From Pseudovirgaria hyperparasitica (taxonomy: Eukaryota): a DNA stretch of 64,000 nucleotides. Positions 11,708-25,162 of this stretch are shown piece after piece. The notes under the pieces are model-generated. The model was not told the DNA's origin, searched no databases, and saw only the letters and a list, made by a program, of their open reading frames with translations. The stretch lies in assembly GCA_010093815.1 (NCBI GenBank), contig ML996567.1. One strand, written 5' to 3'. Every line of letters begins with the position of its first letter. Position 1 is the first letter of the stretch. The translations under genes and the position numbers were made by a program.

Positions 11708-13729
11708 ATGGGCAAGCAGAAAAACGGAAAAGGCCAGGACAGCTCGCTGGAGCATGACCTTAGGAACATGATCCTTGGTAACATCACAATTGCTGATTCC
11801 TCTACTGCACGGCCGCAACAATCTCCCCGGCGAGATAACAGCCACCGTCATCCACAGAATGATGGTCGGAACAGTGGTGGCCCAAACCGTAATGCACGGC
11901 AGCTTTCGTACGGGCAAGGACAGCAGGCGGCCATGTCTGAGCACACGTATTACCAGCCCTCTATGACATCGCCAAACAGTCGAGCTCTGCCGCAAGACAC
12001 TGGACGTAACTTTGGGTCGAGTGGGCAGCGAATCCCAGCACAGAACAGCTTTGCTGGTCACTTTACTCACCAACCGCAGAATCAGCCTGGTCAAAACAAT
12101 GGTCAAAGGACCTTGTATCAGCCTCCGGCGCAAGTTCCGACACCTCCACCATATGAGGTCTGGGCCGCTCAATGCCTTTTTCTGGAACAGCTAGTGTCCA
12201 TACACATACCAGAGTCTCAGATGACGGCCGAAGAAATGGCCACGAAAGATGCATTCAGGTCTCGTCTCGAGACGATTTGTAGGACTGCACTATCTGAATA
12301 TGATGGGACCGGTCTACTGAACTTGCAGCTGAAGGCATTTGGAAGCTTCAGTTCTGGTTTCGCAACAAAGGGTTCCGATATGGACTTGTCAATCGCTTTA
12401 TCCACGTCTGGCACTGACACTCACGCCGTCACAGTTGAGCCACCTTTGCTGCGAGCTCTAGAGAAGGCCCTCTTGAACTGCGGCCTCGGTGCACGTCTAC
12501 TGACACGGACGCGCGTTCCGATAATCAAGATATGCGAGACGCCCACGGAGGAGCTGTTGTATGCTCTAGTCGAAGAGCGCCGGAGGTGGGAAGCCCTACC
12601 AGAAGACGAGAAGTATGTCGTAGATGCTCCAGCACCACAGCAACCAGTAGACCCGAAAAAATCTGAACCGGCCAAAAGCTCGCGAGAGGGTAACGCAGCC
12701 AAAGAGAATGCCAATTCGCCAGCAACTCCTGTCAGGAAGCAAGGCCATCAGCGTCCTGAGTCGACATCTTCTCCAGTCACAGTGTCAAGTGCAGCCAAGA
12801 GACCACAGAACAGAGGTTCAGACAGAGCTTGGCTGAGAGAGAAAAAACGTGGCCCGCTTGACTTCCCGAAGAATGGCGTTGGTGTTCAGTGTGACATCAA
12901 TTTTTCGAATGACCTGGCTTTGCATAACACGCGCCTTTTGCGCTGCTACTGTCTCTGTGATGTTCGCGTCCAGCCAATGGTCTTGTTTGTCAAGGCTTGG
13001 GCGAAACGTCGGAAGATTAACAGCTCGTACAGCGGTACGCTCTCATCGTATGGGTACGTTTTGATGGTACTTCATTTTCTAGCCAATATAGCGAGTCCTC
13101 CTGTGATCCCTAATTTGCAACTGTCGTGGCGCCCACCACAAGAGGGAAGTTGGCGGTCTAGTCCTCCCGACGAGCACTATATCAACAACTACGATGTCCG
13201 ATTTTGGAGCAACGAAGATGAGATCAAGCATCTCGCGGAAGAACGTAGGCTTACGACGAATAATGAACCAATCGGGGCGCTCCTGAGGAACTTCTTCCAA
13301 TATTACGCACATCCAGCAGTCAGTTTTGGTACCGGTCGAGGCTTTCAGTGGACGCAAGATGTCTTGTCGCTGCGAACTGCTGGTGGTACTATGAAGAAGG
13401 CAGTAAAAGGCTGGACAGGCGCCAAGACAACCACGGTAGGACATCAGGAAGTGCGCAACAGGTACCTGTTTGCCATTGAAGATCCTTTTGAGATTGATCA
13501 CAACGTCGCGCGTACGGTTACACATCATGGAATCATTGCGATCAGAGACGAGTTTCGACGAGCGTGGAAAATCATTAGCAGTGCCGGGGGAGGTCTGTCA
13601 CAATACTATGGCAATGAGTCGCTCTTTGCAGAGGTTACGGAAGATGATGTGATTGAAGAGAGCGGCGCTAGATCGGTAACCGGTGAGCAGAGTATACGCT
13701 CGAAAGAACATACTCTACCGACTGGATGA
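11708..13729 (+). CDS. Cid1-family terminal nucleotidyltransferase (likely uridylyltransferase, Cid1/CutA-like)
   Basis: FGSFSSGFATKGSDMD catalytic motif, TRVPIIK, QCDINF, LALHNTRLL, FVKAWAKRRKINSSYSGTLSSYGYVLM, PAP-associated AIEDPFEIDHNVARTV. Start taken at gccaccATGG. Confidence 0.9.
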   Translation: MGKQKNGKGQDSSLEHDLRNMILGNITIADSSTARPQQSPRRDNSHRHPQNDGRNSGGPNRNARQLSYGQGQQAAMSEHTYYQPSMTSPNSRALPQDTGRNFGSSGQRIPAQNSFAGHFTHQPQNQPGQNNGQRTLYQPPAQVPTPPPYEVWAAQCLFLEQLVSIHIPESQMTAEEMATKDAFRSRLETICRTALSEYDGTGLLNLQLKAFGSFSSGFATKGSDMDLSIALSTSGTDTHAVTVEPPLLRALEKALLNCGLGARLLTRTRVPIIKICETPTEELLYALVEERRRWEALPEDEKYVVDAPAPQQPVDPKKSEPAKSSREGNAAKENANSPATPVRKQGHQRPESTSSPVTVSSAAKRPQNRGSDRAWLREKKRGPLDFPKNGVGVQCDINFSNDLALHNTRLLRCYCLCDVRVQPMVLFVKAWAKRRKINSSYSGTLSSYGYVLMVLHFLANIASPPVIPNLQLSWRPPQEGSWRSSPPDEHYINNYDVRFWSNEDEIKHLAEERRLTTNNEPIGALLRNFFQYYAHPAVSFGTGRGFQWTQDVLSLRTAGGTMKKAVKGWTGAKTTTVGHQEVRNRYLFAIEDPFEIDHNVARTVTHHGIIAIRDEFRRAWKIISSAGGGLSQYYGNESLFAEVTEDDVIEESGARSVTGEQSIRSKEHTLPTG

Positions 13730-15358
13730 TTAGGCTGGATTAGCACAGGGCAGAGCAAACACCAAGGACATCCGACAGTCAGAGTACAAAACGAAGACGG
13801 GAACGACGCCCTTAAGATACAGGCATGTCGGCGAAAGCGACAAAGAATCGCCTGTTGATTGTTCATCAGTCCCGAGTCTTTCAAGTATTTCAAGGGGCGC
13901 TATGCCCCGGGTAGATCAATGGAATCCGATCGGACACTGCGGCTAATGAAGACTTGAGTGGAGACATAGCAGTCAATATCAGTCTTGCCTAATATTACTG
14001 TCCCGTTTTCCTATCTGTGACTACGTGAGAGACTCCAGGCCATGTCACTAGCGCCTCAGGCAGCTTCATCCATCAGATCCATTTCCAGCCTAGCGCACTT
14101 GTCCCTTGTGATTCCATGTAATTCACACTTCACGTCTACCACACTTTTCTTCTATTGCAACTCACAATTCTCTTGCAAAGACACCCCGACGGCGCCCAAG
14201 GCTATACGCCCTCGCATTATCTTGGTCCGCACGTCCAATTGTAATACTTTACAGCCCCGCACATGTCGAAAGAGGATCGGGTATAACTTACCCATTTCAT
14301 CAGCTGTGGCGTTTGGCTTGACGAGCTGACTGGCCAATTCGACGGGCTGAATACGCCGCATCCTACCAGTTTTGAATCCTGTTGCAGCCGACCGTTGCAC
14401 ACACAATGCCATGTGGTACCCATAGTGCACACATGGCACAGCCTCCGTCCTTGAACAATGGAGACAGGACCAGGATCCTGGCAATGAATCAATCACCTGC
14501 ACAACTGCGTATTCTGGAAGGGAGCTTTCAGTCAACAAGTGTGTTTTGACTCGCGACGTGGCGAGGTAGAGGAACGACAGTGAAGCGACGGTCCTCGCTG
14601 ATCCTCGATGATCCTCGTGCCGCGACAGAGGGACGTGAGATGAGATGCTCTCTTGGTTGAATACGAAGACGAAGTCACCTCCGGGTACGCGAGGCTGCAC
14701 AGCACAACACCACGCAAGACTCTGCTCACGCCTAGAGTCTTCTCCATGATGCCGAGCAGTCACAGACAGGTAAGCGTTGCCAAGTGTGGACTTTGGACCG
14801 TCGCCTCCATCGGCAGCCTTGCTTACTTTAAGTCAACCACTCGGTTTCTCCAGCTACACAAACAACGCCATTCCACAGACACAGACGTGGCTGCAGCTTA
14901 TGCAAGAGGCGTCGACCAGTTACCAGTGACCAAACATGCGTATGTATCACTGGGAGTCTTGTGCCTGCCATGTGCGGGAGAGATTTGCACGACAGCCGAC
15001 AGGGTTCTACGTGTTGGAATTGGGATGTTTGTTGGTTCACACGGCCAAGTGTTGTTACAGCAAGTGAAGCCAGTGCCACTTTGTGATCTCTAGCCTGGGG
15101 CAGTTGGGTAGTCTGCCCGCAGATCTGGGGTTGGACACTAGCAAGGGGTCTCTAGTGTGCCCTGTGACTGTATCCCGATGTCTCCCTGAATGGCCAATGG
15201 TTGTTTGTGTTCTGAACTGCAAATATCCTGGGGACGGCAGAAGGCCTGTAGGGCAGATCGTTATGCTTTGCCATAAGAGTCGGACACCCCGCCTCGCGCT
15301 CGCATTTTTTTCTTCTTGAACCACTGGCAACCACAGCCTTGTGATTGAGTCCTCCATC

Positions 15359-17262
15359 ATGGTCAGATATATCACGAACACCTACGCTATTTGCGGCTTT
15401 GCCGCCATTGGTGGTGGCCTCTTCGGCTTCGATATCAGCTCCATGTATGTGAATATTTCGATACGTTCAAATTGCATGATAATGTACTAACAATTCATAG
15501 GAGTGGTGTCCTCGGCACGGAGGCATACAAGAACTACTTTGGCAATCCCACTTCGTATCGTCAAGGTGGCATCACGGCCTCTATGCCTGCTGGATCTCTT
15601 GCTGGATCCCTCGCCTCGTCTTTCATCGCCGACAAACTGTCCAGAAGGGCTGCTATTCAGATCGCAGCTTTAATCTGGATCGTTGGTGCAATTCTACAAA
15701 CCGCTTCCAATGGTATTCCTTTGCTTTGCGTGGGCCGTGTGGTTGGTGGCTTTGCCATCGGTATCGCCTCTTCTATCGTTCCTGTCTATCAGTCTGGTAC
15801 GCCGTTCTTGTCCGAAGACTGCAATGTCTGCTGACATCATACAGAGATAGCGGCAAAGGAGATTCGCGGACGTGTCGTCTCTCTACAACAGTGGGCTATC
15901 ACTTGGTAAGTAGTGATGTCCCTGACCCGTAATTTTCAAGGTCTCACGCGCTCTCAGGGGCATCTTAATCCAATACTTCGTTCAGTACGGATCTTCCTTC
16001 GTCGATGGAGGTGCCAAAAACCCCAATCAAGGTACTGCTGCGTTCCGGATTCCTTGGGGTATCCAGATGATTCCCGGCGCCATCCTGTTCGTCGGCATGT
16101 TCTTCTTGCCTTACTCTCCACGTTGGCTTGCCAGCAAGGACCGCTGGGAGGAAGCTATCCAGACTCTTGCTGATCTCCACGGTAATGGGGATATAAACAA
16201 CCCCAAAGTTCTTGCCGAGTACCAGGAGATTGAGGAAGCTCTCCGTTTCGAGCGTGAGGAAGCCATCTCAAGTTACAGTGCCCTCGCTGAGCCACGAATG
16301 CTGAAGCGTGTCATTCTTGGTATGTCCATTCAGATGTGGTCTCAGCTCTGCGGTATGAACATCATGGTGAGTTCACTCTTGTCACAAACCATGAGACCTA
16401 CAACTAATGACTTTAGATGTACTACATCGTCTATATCATGGAAGGCGCTGGAATCGGCGACGCTCTTCTCGCCTCCAGTATCCAGTACATCATTGTAAAA
16501 TGCCCCGTCCCATGTAACCCTCAAACATCCCACTAACAATAAGTAGAATGTTGTTCTTACACTTCCCGCTATCCTCTACCTCGACAAAATCGGCCGCCGT
16601 CCCTCTATGCTTGTTGGTTCTTTCTTCATGATGTCCTGGCTCTTCATCGAAGGTGCCCTCCAAGCAGTCTACGGCGAGCCCAACCCCGACACAACCGCGA
16701 AAGACATCTCATGGGTCGTCATTGGCAAGCCTGCCGTCTCAAAGGCCATCGTAGCATGCTCCTTCCTATTCGTCGCCACCTTCGCCACAACCTGGGGTCC
16801 ATCGAGCTGGACATATCCAGCTGAGATCTTCCCCGCGAAGATCCGTGCAAAGGTCAGTCTATCTCACGTCCAATTCACATCCGTATACACTTTTTCTAAT
16901 AAAGAAAAATACAGGCAGTCTCCCTCGCAACCGCATCAAACTGGACATGGAACTGCGCCCTCGCCTTCGCCGTACCCCCGCTTCTCTTCAACATCAACTG
17001 GAAAATGTACATGATCTTCGCCACCTTCAACGGCGCCGCCCTGATTCACATCTTCCTCACCGCGCCAGAGACCAAGGGCAAGACGCTCGAGGAGATGGAC
17101 GAGGTGTTTGACTCGGGCCGGCCGGCGTGGCGGGGTGTGTCCAAGGAGAGTCGCCTGGACAAGCTGCAGCAGGAGATTGAGCGCGGTGAGCTCAAGATTG
17201 CGGCGCCGATGGGTGCGCGTTCGGGGAGTGTGGAGCATGCTAGTGTGGAGCCGAAGAATTGA
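15359..17262 (+). CDS. MFS sugar porter (high-affinity glucose transporter-like), multi-exon
   Basis: MVRYITNTYAICGFAAIGGGLFGFDISSM, ADKLSRR, VPVYQSE, IRGRVVSLQQWAIT, PYSPRWL, SQLCGMNIM, WGPSSWTYPAEIFP, PETKGKTLEEMD. Confidence 0.93.
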
Positions 17263-19019
17263 GCAAAATTGAGCTAGACGGGCGAATATGAATGGGGCAT
17301 GGACGGCTTGTATTGTGTTTGGAACCATGCACATGGCCATGGCCTTTGTTGGTAGCAAGTAGGGCATGATACAGTGCTGCATGGCTACGCATTCTGGAGA
17401 ATCGTATCGTTTGTCGCATAGATACTTTCCACATCAAATGAATGACCCCCCGCGTACCCATTTCACACGACATTATCTCCACACCTCCCTCTGTCCGCAC
17501 TCCACATTTCTCTCCCAGCCCAAGCCTCATACTACCCTTGCCTGCCCTCTCCTCTAAGCTAAGTCACTGCGGCAGACTACTTCGTTAAAACATCATCCGA
17601 CGTATACCTTACATTCTACAATCGTGGTCTCGAAACAAACATATATACCAGTCTACAGTGGTATCTCGCTACCACAATATCTAGTATTTAAACAAGCGCC
17701 CCCCTCTAACCCTTATTCATCGTTTTATCGAGTCGTATAGATAGGTAGAATAGGACTCAGCCAATCAACGCCTAGAGACTTAGCGTCTGTGATAATCGAT
17801 TACACAATGATCTCCGCTATAACGATATAATCAAAGTGACCGTATTCGTATCGCTATAACGAGATCTAACTGTAATACAAGCTGCCTTGCGAATGCGAAG
17901 ATCTTTGTCTGTGCACTTGCGCAGATCAGTCCGGATGTGCGAGACTGTCGCGTCGCGGAGATCCATCCGTAGTTGCGGTGAGGGCGAGAGGAGCGAGCCG
18001 AGCCGGGGATGGGATGGGCTGGGATGGATACACCCCGGGAGGCTACGTTTCAGGAGGTGGGAGGAAGAGTCTCGGTGTCGATTACTTAGGTGCGGGATTT
18101 GAAAAGCTTGGGGTTTGATGAGAATGTAGTATATATATATATGTAAGGGTCCGGCACGGATGGATGCTTGGGTCTAGGGAATCATCCTGCATAGTTAATG
18201 GACTTTGTTTGCTGGATATGGAGTTTGAGGCTGTATGTAGTACACTGCGAATTTGGAGTCTCTGTCTGGTGTATGATATGATGCTCTGCGGTTTGGTGTT
18301 TTGGGGGTTATACTTCCGTCGCGGCCTCGTCGATGGTTATATGTAGCGTGTTGAGTTATGCTTATAATTAGTCTGAGGTGTCTGAAACCTACCGTCGTCG
18401 GCGCAATGGTGAAATTAATCGTCCGGGGATGGATCCGACTTATTAGGGGGCAGACGATGCTCGTGCACTGGCGGAATGATGGGCACGAATAGCGAGATAC
18501 CCATTTGAAATATGACCTCATTACAAAAAATCCCCAACAACGTCAGCTCTGCATCTTCACATAACCTTAATGATATAACTAACCCCAAGCATTAGCACGT
18601 ACGTGGTATACAACTTAACCTCCAAGCTTGCTGTCTGTAGTTTGTTTCACACCATCAGGTCAAAGATGGATCAGCACACCTTGTCGCAGGTAGACCTAGT
18701 ACACGAGCCGCTAACAGACAAGGACCCCAGGCTATCCATATATCTACCGAGGCTTTTGTACTAATTATGCTCTTTTTTGTGCCGCTCCGACGACTAACTA
18801 GCCTTGTCACGCATGCTATGTGATTGTACGGTGGGTCCGCGCAGGATTCTTGGTTGTGATCCGCGTTGTAAATGTCATAACGGGGTCGTGGTTGGGTTGG
18901 CTGTATACATTATATCTATGCAACAGGCCCCCGATATGGGCCACCTGTGAACGAACGTCAACAGGAACGGTTTTTTCTTAATTTGCATCTGTACTTCCAT
19001 TCTGTGAGACCTGGTCCCA

Positions 19020-20649
19020 ATGCCGTCGTTATTCCTGCTCGCTGTCGGTTCTGCCATCGCGTATGGCATTGCCCTCATCTTCTATCGCCTTTTCCTGAGC
19101 CCACTCGCCAAGTTTCCCGGGCCGAAGCTTGCTGCTGCGACGGGATGGGTGGAAACTTACTATCAGCTGTGGCATGGAGAGGGTGGGCAGTTCATGTACG
19201 CATACAAAGAATGGCATAAAACATACGGTGAGTGTAGACGTTGCGAGCGAGTAGAGAACGGTCTTGCGCTGAAACCTGTGAGGTCCCATTGTCCGAATCA
19301 GTCCATGGGAAGTCCACATCGAAGACTCGTCGTACTTTCACGTCCTCAACTCGACGTCGCAGCCCTACAAGAAGCTCCCAAAGTACGCGAATATGTTCAA
19401 CAATCCACAGTCGACCTTCTCGACCATTGATCCCAAGCTGCACCGTATTCGTAGAGCTGCACTGAATCCTTTCTTCTCAAAAATGAAAATCACCGAGCGT
19501 GGACCTAACATACAAGACGCCATGGATCGACTCACAGACCGTCTCCAGCACGATTATGTCGGTGAGGATAAGGTCCTGTCGATCAATGATATGTGGGGCT
19601 GCTACACGTCTGATATAATCGTGGAGTATGCCTTCGAAAAGCGCGAGAACTTCATTGAAACACCAGAGTTCCGCTCAGCCTTTCAACACGCGTTAATTAA
19701 CCTGTCGGAGCCGATACATACGGCAATGCAATTTCCATGGTTCACGGATGCCATGAAGTCCTTACCGGATTTCCTCTTAAACTACCTCGACCCACGAATC
19801 GCGGTTTTTAACAAATACAAGGCTGTAAGTATGCGTTCTGGAAGGCAATGATGAAGTCTGAACATGTGTTAGAACCTCCTTAATCAGGTAGAAGTCGCGA
19901 ATGCTAAATTCCACGAGGGGCACAAGAAAGGCGACAACATATTCCGTTCGATTTTCGCTTCGGATCTACCGGCATCTGAGAGACGCATCGAAAGAGTTCA
20001 CCAGGAGGCCTTGGGAATAACTGGCGCAGCGACGGAGACGACTATGCGCACACTGACCATCGCCGTTTACCATATCTTCAGCGACCCATCGATCAAGGCA
20101 CGACTTCTGCAGGAGCTTAAGACTGTAATGCCCGGTACCACGAGTGGAGCTTCAATACCCAGTCTTGAAACGATATGGCGACTTCCTTACCTAACAGCGG
20201 TCTTGACTGAATGTCTGCGCTTCTCTTACGGAATCTTTACTCGAATTCCTCGCATATCAGATGTGCCTGTCCAGTATGGCAAGTGGACCATCCCATCCGG
20301 CGCCGTCATCAGCATGGACATCAGTGACGTGCACCATGATGAGCAGATTTTCCCAGACTCTTTTGCTTTCAAGCCAGAGCGTTGGCTTGAAGACCCAAAG
20401 GCGTTTGACGGAAAACCCCTGACCCGATACATGGTCGCGTTCAGCACAGGCATGCGAAATTGCCTCGGGATGCAGCTTGCGTATGCCGAGCTGTACATTG
20501 GCATTGTATCGTTCGTCTGGAGATTCGATCTTGACTTGTTTGAGACAGACGTTACCGATATTCGTGCGGTCAGAGATCGCTTCGTGCCAAGACCAAAACT
20601 CGGGAGCAAGGGCGTTCGGGTGACAAACTTGCGCAGACGTGTAGATTGA
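19020..20649 (+). CDS. Cytochrome P450 monooxygenase (trichodiene-oxygenase-like clan)
   Basis: N-terminal anchor, LSPLAKFPGPKLAA, GPIVRISPWEVHI, I-helix GAATETT, ECLR, FKPERW, heme motif FSTGMRNCLG. Exons 19020-19227, 19283-19824, 19873-20649. Confidence 0.93.
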
Positions 20650-21452
20650 GGAGTACATTCATGATACGCCAGTATCTTTTCAACAATTCGACGAGTGCTG
20701 AGAGGTTGGGGTGAACGACTTTGCGAGACCTCGATTCTAAAAAGTCGCATTTTCGAGCGACGGATCTCTCTGACAACGATGACCACAGTGGTGACGTTCT
20801 CCTCGGCTTTAGGACCGATAGATGTCATCTATTAGAGTCTTCTTTCAAACTTGATTGTCAAGTCTTCTTATCTAGGACCTTTGGGCGTACAAGTAGGCAT
20901 CAGTCATTCATGGCGCTCACATTGACTACCAACCCCATGATATTCTCAGACATATGTGTCGTGTACTGATTTTTCATGAGTGTCACTATCCACGCAGCAA
21001 TCGCTGATCATAGTGTTGTAGTTCGAGCCACATCTGCTCTGCAAACATACTTGTAGAGCAGAGGTACGACATCGAGTCCCAGCGTGCCACACAGATAGGT
21101 ATCTGTATGCACTCAGATTGTAGAATTGAAAGCAGCTAGATCTTCCCTTGGGGTCCGACGTGCGGTGGCGTATAGCGCATTTTTGGTTTCGTCTCGAGCA
21201 TTTAGATGTCTTTAATATAGCTGTGCTCGACCGATGTGAATCCTCGAGGGCATCAGAAGCCATTATCGAGACTTTGATAGAGTGTAGATCTTGTCGGCAT
21301 CACCCATTGACTTCGAGGTAAAGCAGATGATGGAGTATAGTGCGTGAAGTTTCAAGCCCACGACCAGCTGTTGATGATCTGATCAATGCCTCTAATTGAC
21401 TTGCAGAAGGTCAACGACCGTATCAGGTTGTACTCGACCCGCATCGTGTCCA

Positions 21453-21821
21453 TCAGTACACCACACCTCCCAGCACACCAATAACAACCAATGGCGGCGC
21501 CACACTCCTTCCACTCCTCAATCTTGCATACGCGCCCTCTCCAAGATACAACATCGCTGTGACCGCCGTCCACTTCCTAGTCCGAGGCCAGACCAGAAGC
21601 CCGGCAACACCCAGATTTATGTAAGCCAGTATTTCCGTGAATATTTTAGCAGACACCCCTAGACGGCTATAGACAGGCTTCATCGACTCCGCAGTCTTCT
21701 GGTGTTGTTCGCGGTACGCGGTTTCGAAAAGGCGTGGTGTGAGGCGTGTGAGAGCTCCACCGACGAAGACTAGGGCGGCAAGGGAGGAGAAGATGGTGCG
21801 GCGTTCGTACTTAATACTCAT
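21453..21821 (-). CDS. Small 122-aa multi-pass membrane protein (possibly DoxX-like)
   Basis: ATG-initiated ORF with 3-4 hydrophobic segments (SSLAALVFVGGAL, ILAYINLGVAGLLVWP, PPLVVIGVLGGVVY). Family assignment is an impression only. Confidence 0.6.
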   Translation of the reverse strand: MSIKYERRTIFSSLAALVFVGGALTRLTPRLFETAYREQHQKTAESMKPVYSRLGVSAKIFTEILAYINLGVAGLLVWPRTRKWTAVTAMLYLGEGAYARLRSGRSVAPPLVVIGVLGGVVY

Positions 21822-22098
21822 GATTGAGATGAGTAGGAGGTTGGGTGAGTTAACTCAGTCTTGAATGAAGATAGCGCGATGCAGAGCTCTAGTGGACTGA
21901 ATGAGGCCTGGAGGAGCTCCCACGACAATTCCTGCCTCAGGCGCCAACCTAACACTTGCAATCATTTCGGAAAGGCAGATTGATATATCTGAACAGAACA
22001 ATACATGGGAGACTCTCCGTCTACATTACAGCCATACCAGATGCATACAAGAGAAATTCTTGTGCCCAATCAATGACATCAATCAATCATTCATTCAT

Positions 22099-25000
22099 TC
22101 ATTCCTTGTCCTCGTCATGCAGAACTTTGATATCGGCATTCGGCCCAATGCAGCAGACCTTCATCCCAATCACACAAATGGCGTTCCAAGGCTTGTCCTT
22201 GTACAGGTCATCCACTTCCTGCTCTTCGTCTGAGTCTGTTGCTACTGACCCATCGATATCGCTGTCCCAGTCGAAGTCATCGTCTACAGGATCCGTCACG
22301 TCGCTTACCGCATCATCGTCTTCCTCGTCCTCGTCTTCCACCTCGGCTTCAGGCTTCTCGTCAACCTTCACAACAACGTCGGTGTCCTTCTTCTCTGTCT
22401 CACCCTCGGCCCGGGGCTCGGTATCAACGGTGATCGTGATGCGTGTCTTGGATGCCTCGCTGGACTCGGCTGAATGCTTGCTTTCGCCCGTTGGGGGAGG
22501 GTGGCTTCCGGACGGCGCAGGGGAACCGTCAGGTCCTGGCTTATTGACCTTTTCCCAGTCTTTCGAGTTATCGGACTTGGAGTCATCTTCCTTCTTGTCA
22601 TCTTCCTTCTTGTCGTCGTCCTTCTTCTCGTCGGCCGTCTTCTCGTGATTTTCTTCCGCATTGACTTCAGCAGGGTTCGACTCTTTAGGTCCAGTCTCTG
22701 CCGCAGTATCTACATCTAGCTTAGGTTCTTCTTTCTTGCCTGTGGTAGTCGAGGATGATGTTGACTCGGTACCTGCAGTCGTAGAAGGTTCCGGTTTTAT
22801 ATCCCGGGACTTTGACTGCGACTTGGACCTTATCGGGATGACCTGCTGCTTTTCCGTGCTCCTGGCGCGTTCTGTGTCTTCTTCATTCTTGTCGGCAGCT
22901 TTCTTTTCCTCTTTTTCCTTCTTCTCCTTGTCCATCTTCTCTTTCTTCGCGGCCTTCTTGAGAGCCATTAATCGCTCCTTTTCATCTGCAATGCGCTTCT
23001 CTCTCAATTTCTCACGCTGTCTTTCCTTCCTCCTTGCATTACGTCCGGAAACATTCGTCTTCTTCGACTTGTTGCGTGCTTCCGTCTTGTCACGGCGGTC
23101 CTTGGCCCGTTCAGCCTCACGGAGCTTGCCTTTGGCGTGCACCAAGTCGAAGCTTTTGCCTATTGCCTGCAATTTTTCCCGCTTGCTTTCGCGGTTTCGC
23201 TTGATGACTTCCTCGGGGGTAGCATTATCATCGTAGCGTTGAGCACTGATTTTTACGTAGATGGTATATTCCCCCGCGTCAAGGTCGAGCTCTGCACTAC
23301 AAGATCTGCCAGAACCCGAGTCTTGAATACTGCGAGCTATGTATGTCTTCTCGCCGTTTTTGTACAGTCGGAAATGGAGATCGTATCTGTAGCGGCCGTC
23401 AAGGCCATTGAAATAGCGTTCGTCAGGTTGACTGAGGACTAGAACCACAGGGCTCTTTTCCTTTAGTGTTAGCGAGTACTTGGTGCTCAGGTAGTCGGCC
23501 GTCCATGGAACTTCAACGGAAGTCCACTGCTGAGTCACAGTCCAAGAGTCGTCGAATAAGCGTGTACGGTCAATCTCTGGGTAATACTTGAGAAAGTCCT
23601 TGTATGAGATCCAGAAGATACCGTCATCGCCGAAAGTGTGACCAAGCTCCTTCATCATCTCTGGCGTCCATTCCTTAGATCCGTCGCTCCAAGCGCCATT
23701 CCACTCTGTCTCTCCCCATGGATTGCGTATCTTGAGCAGTCGCAGCTCGTTGACCTCACGTGCTTCAAGCACACTGTACGCATGCCCTCGCACGAAACCC
23801 TCGTCATCTCGTGGGTCCGAGTCTCGACCGTAGCGGGAGCCACAGCCGAAGAGGAAATCCTTGTTGACTTGGGTAAGTTCAGACCATAGCTTATCTTTGT
23901 CTAGGACGTGCTCAGAGTAAAGATATGTGGCGACGCCACCCGTAAGGTCTTCGATACCTTCATGATGTCAGTAAGTAGGTAGTTGGTGATACATGGGCAT
24001 ACGACCTTCTCCGGGAAATCCGCCTTCGATAGCCTGATAGTCACCATGGGCCTTTGCATAGGCCTTTTCAAGCAGTGGAAGCCACGTCTCATTCTTGGAG
24101 CGGCAGCTGGAGAAATACAGCGCATTGGAACCCTTTCGAAGGTTCTCACGGAAGTCTTTCGGAAGGCGTGAGATGCTATATTCTCCTGCTTGCAGTGGAT
24201 ATATATCCTTGTACGCCTTTCTGCCGTCAGTAGTGATCATATACTCAGATGTATATGACCATTTATCGTCATTCTGTCGGAGAGCCAATCTATCGTCGAC
24301 AACTTCAGAGATCCATTCGCCATCTATAGCGGGCATTAGATACCAGACGGCTGACAAGTAAGGAGGACGTACCTCTATAGAAGACGAAGCCGTAAACACC
24401 GACCTTCTCATCGCGATCGACACAGATGCGCTCCAGTAGCTCCGGTTTCCCAGAGAGAGCAGTTATTGCTGCGAGGAACCAGCAATCGCCAACCGTGCCT
24501 TGACATACATCGTTCGCGGTCGCACCATCTTCGTAGAATTGTGGATTCTCGAATATATCCTGAAAGCCATCAGCATCTGAAAAAATTCACATGCAAATAC
24601 TGTAAGCTACCTCGACACGTTTGACACTCTGCACGCCTGCGAGACCTTGCAATGAATATGGGACCTCAGTAGCCTCAAGACTCTGTAAGGTATCGACAGA
24701 CCCTAGATCCCAGGTACGGTCATAGTACTTGACGTTCAATCGTTTGCATTCTTCGGCAATGGCACGCACTTTCGACTTGCATGCTCTCGCTGCCTCGTCA
24801 TAGGACAAAGAGGCCTTTTGGCTACTGTTTCTCAGCACTGTTCTCCTCCATCAATCTACACTCGTGCAGCATGAAGCATACCTTGTTACTATTCCCTCCT
24901 TGTTGCTATCAGGCTGATGCGACGGCTCGCCCTCAATATCAACATCCAAACTAGGTGTGACAGATACCTTGGGATACTTCGGACGCGCACAAAAGCGGTC

Positions 25001-25162
25001 CCAGAAATAGTAGAAGCGATCGTCTTTGGGCCCGGTGCTCCCGGAAGCCGGCAGCGGAATGCCATCCCCTTCTCCGGCCGCCATATCCTGTGGCTCGTCG
25101 GCGCCGAAGTCTAGGCCGAGACGTTTCTTCCGGAGGTCGTTGACTTTTGTTCGGAGAGGCAT
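22099..25162 (-). CDS. Fungal calpain-family cysteine protease (CysPc) with charged low-complexity C-terminal region, multi-exon
   Basis: Catalytic Cys in DVCQGTVGDCWFLAA (~24483), ETWLPLLEKAYAKAHGDY, His in GHAYSVL, Asn in IRNPWG, WNGAWSDGSKEW, DDGIFWISY. Confidence 0.92.

Noticed and set aside
14042..15334. Overlapping ORFs up to 203 aa between the Cid1-family gene and the sugar porter
   Set aside because: No recognisable motifs; probably the long promoter of the transporter.
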